NCBI RefSeq assembly: GCF_000315625.1
Contig: NW_005434555.1
Coordinates: 94,106-158,105, forward strand
DNA from: Guillardia theta CCMP2712
Taxonomy: Eukaryota; Protista; Cryptophyta
DNA length: 64,000 bases
Direction of reading: 5' to 3'
Positions 63,489-64,000 of this stretch are shown here, piece by piece. How positions within the stretch are numbered: position 1 is the first letter of the stretch; every line of letters starts with the position of its first letter. The notes beneath the pieces are model-generated. The model saw nothing but the letters and a program-made list of their open reading frames with translations, was not told the DNA's origin and ran no database searches. A program made the position numbers and the translations under genes.

Positions 63489-63598
63489 CTATGTTCCTGA
63501 CTTTGTTCCTGACATTTATGTTCCTGACATCTATGTTCCTGACATCTTTGTTCACGACATCTTTGTTCCTGACATCTTTGTTCCTGACATCTTTGTTC
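63489..63598. repeat. 15-bp tandem repeat, about 7 copies
   Basis: TGTTCCTGACATCT(T/A) units (VPDIF/VPDIY in one frame). Confidence 0.9.
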
Positions 63599-64000
63599 TA
63601 TTTCGGATATCTCTCCCCTCACTCCCTCTGCGCCCTATCCCGCCTACTTCTGTTGTCATTCCTTCCCCTCTCCCCCCTTCCTTCTCTTCATTTTCAGCTT
63701 CATCCTTCCCTTCAAATACCTTCATCAATCAATCCTTCCAACATCTTCCTTGATCTATCCGATCCTTCACCTTCACCCTCTGCTTTTAACTTCCTCCTCT
63801 TCGATTTTTTCATGCTCTGTCCTGATATGCACCTCGCGCTGTCCTCGCCTGCGTTCTTTCTTGTCCCTGCTCGAGCCATACTCTTGCTCATTTACTATGA
63901 TCTAATTGTTGGGGTTTCGCCCTATGATTCGCCCAAATCTTGCAACCTATCTAGCTGAAGTCAACACACTTGCTAAGCTGATCGGAATACAGGTCAGTTT

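Noticed and set aside
63412-63958. VPDIF/TSLFL pentapeptide-repeat protein
   Set aside because: Short 15-bp VNTR within pyrimidine-rich upstream DNA; the ORFs lack ATG starts and coding-like composition.
1-64000. Autonomous transposons, viral inserts, rRNA or tRNA genes
   Set aside because: No RT, integrase, transposase, capsid or structured-RNA signatures were recognised by eye; a covariance-model scan would be needed to exclude small RNAs.

Overview
Gene-dense eukaryotic nuclear DNA with about 20 protein-coding genes on both strands. Many introns are about 45-55 nt, with a CTGAC/CTAAC-like branch point and GT-AG or occasional GC-AG ends; longer introns are filled with microsatellites. This style, plus signal-peptide-bearing homologues of plastid proteins, suggests an alga with a complex plastid, most likely a cryptophyte such as Guillardia theta (inference, not proven). 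Recognisable genes: a PSI-like single-pass protein, a RING-H2 E3 ligase, an ankyrin+PDZ protein, an apparently inactive stromal-processing-peptidase-like M16 protein with a ubiquitin-tail-like VLIRLRGG presequence, an OPR-RAP RNA-binding protein, a pectin-acetylesterase-like+2xLysM protein, an MBOAT acyltransferase, a putative bHLH-PAS-like factor, two long coiled-coil proteins, a DnaJ protein, a PH-LRR-MINDY deubiquitinase with an inserted zinc finger, an ARM/ZnF/Sfi1-like protein, a compact lipin/Pah1, a GT-A glycosyltransferase, a POT1 homologue with an extra N-terminal OB fold, and a PKA-like kinase cut by an assembly gap. Upstream regions repeatedly carry GGGGTA/TACCCC clusters and GC-rich palindromic mosaics. 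No rRNA, tRNA, CRISPR array or autonomous transposon was seen. All gene models were spliced by eye, so exon boundaries are approximate.
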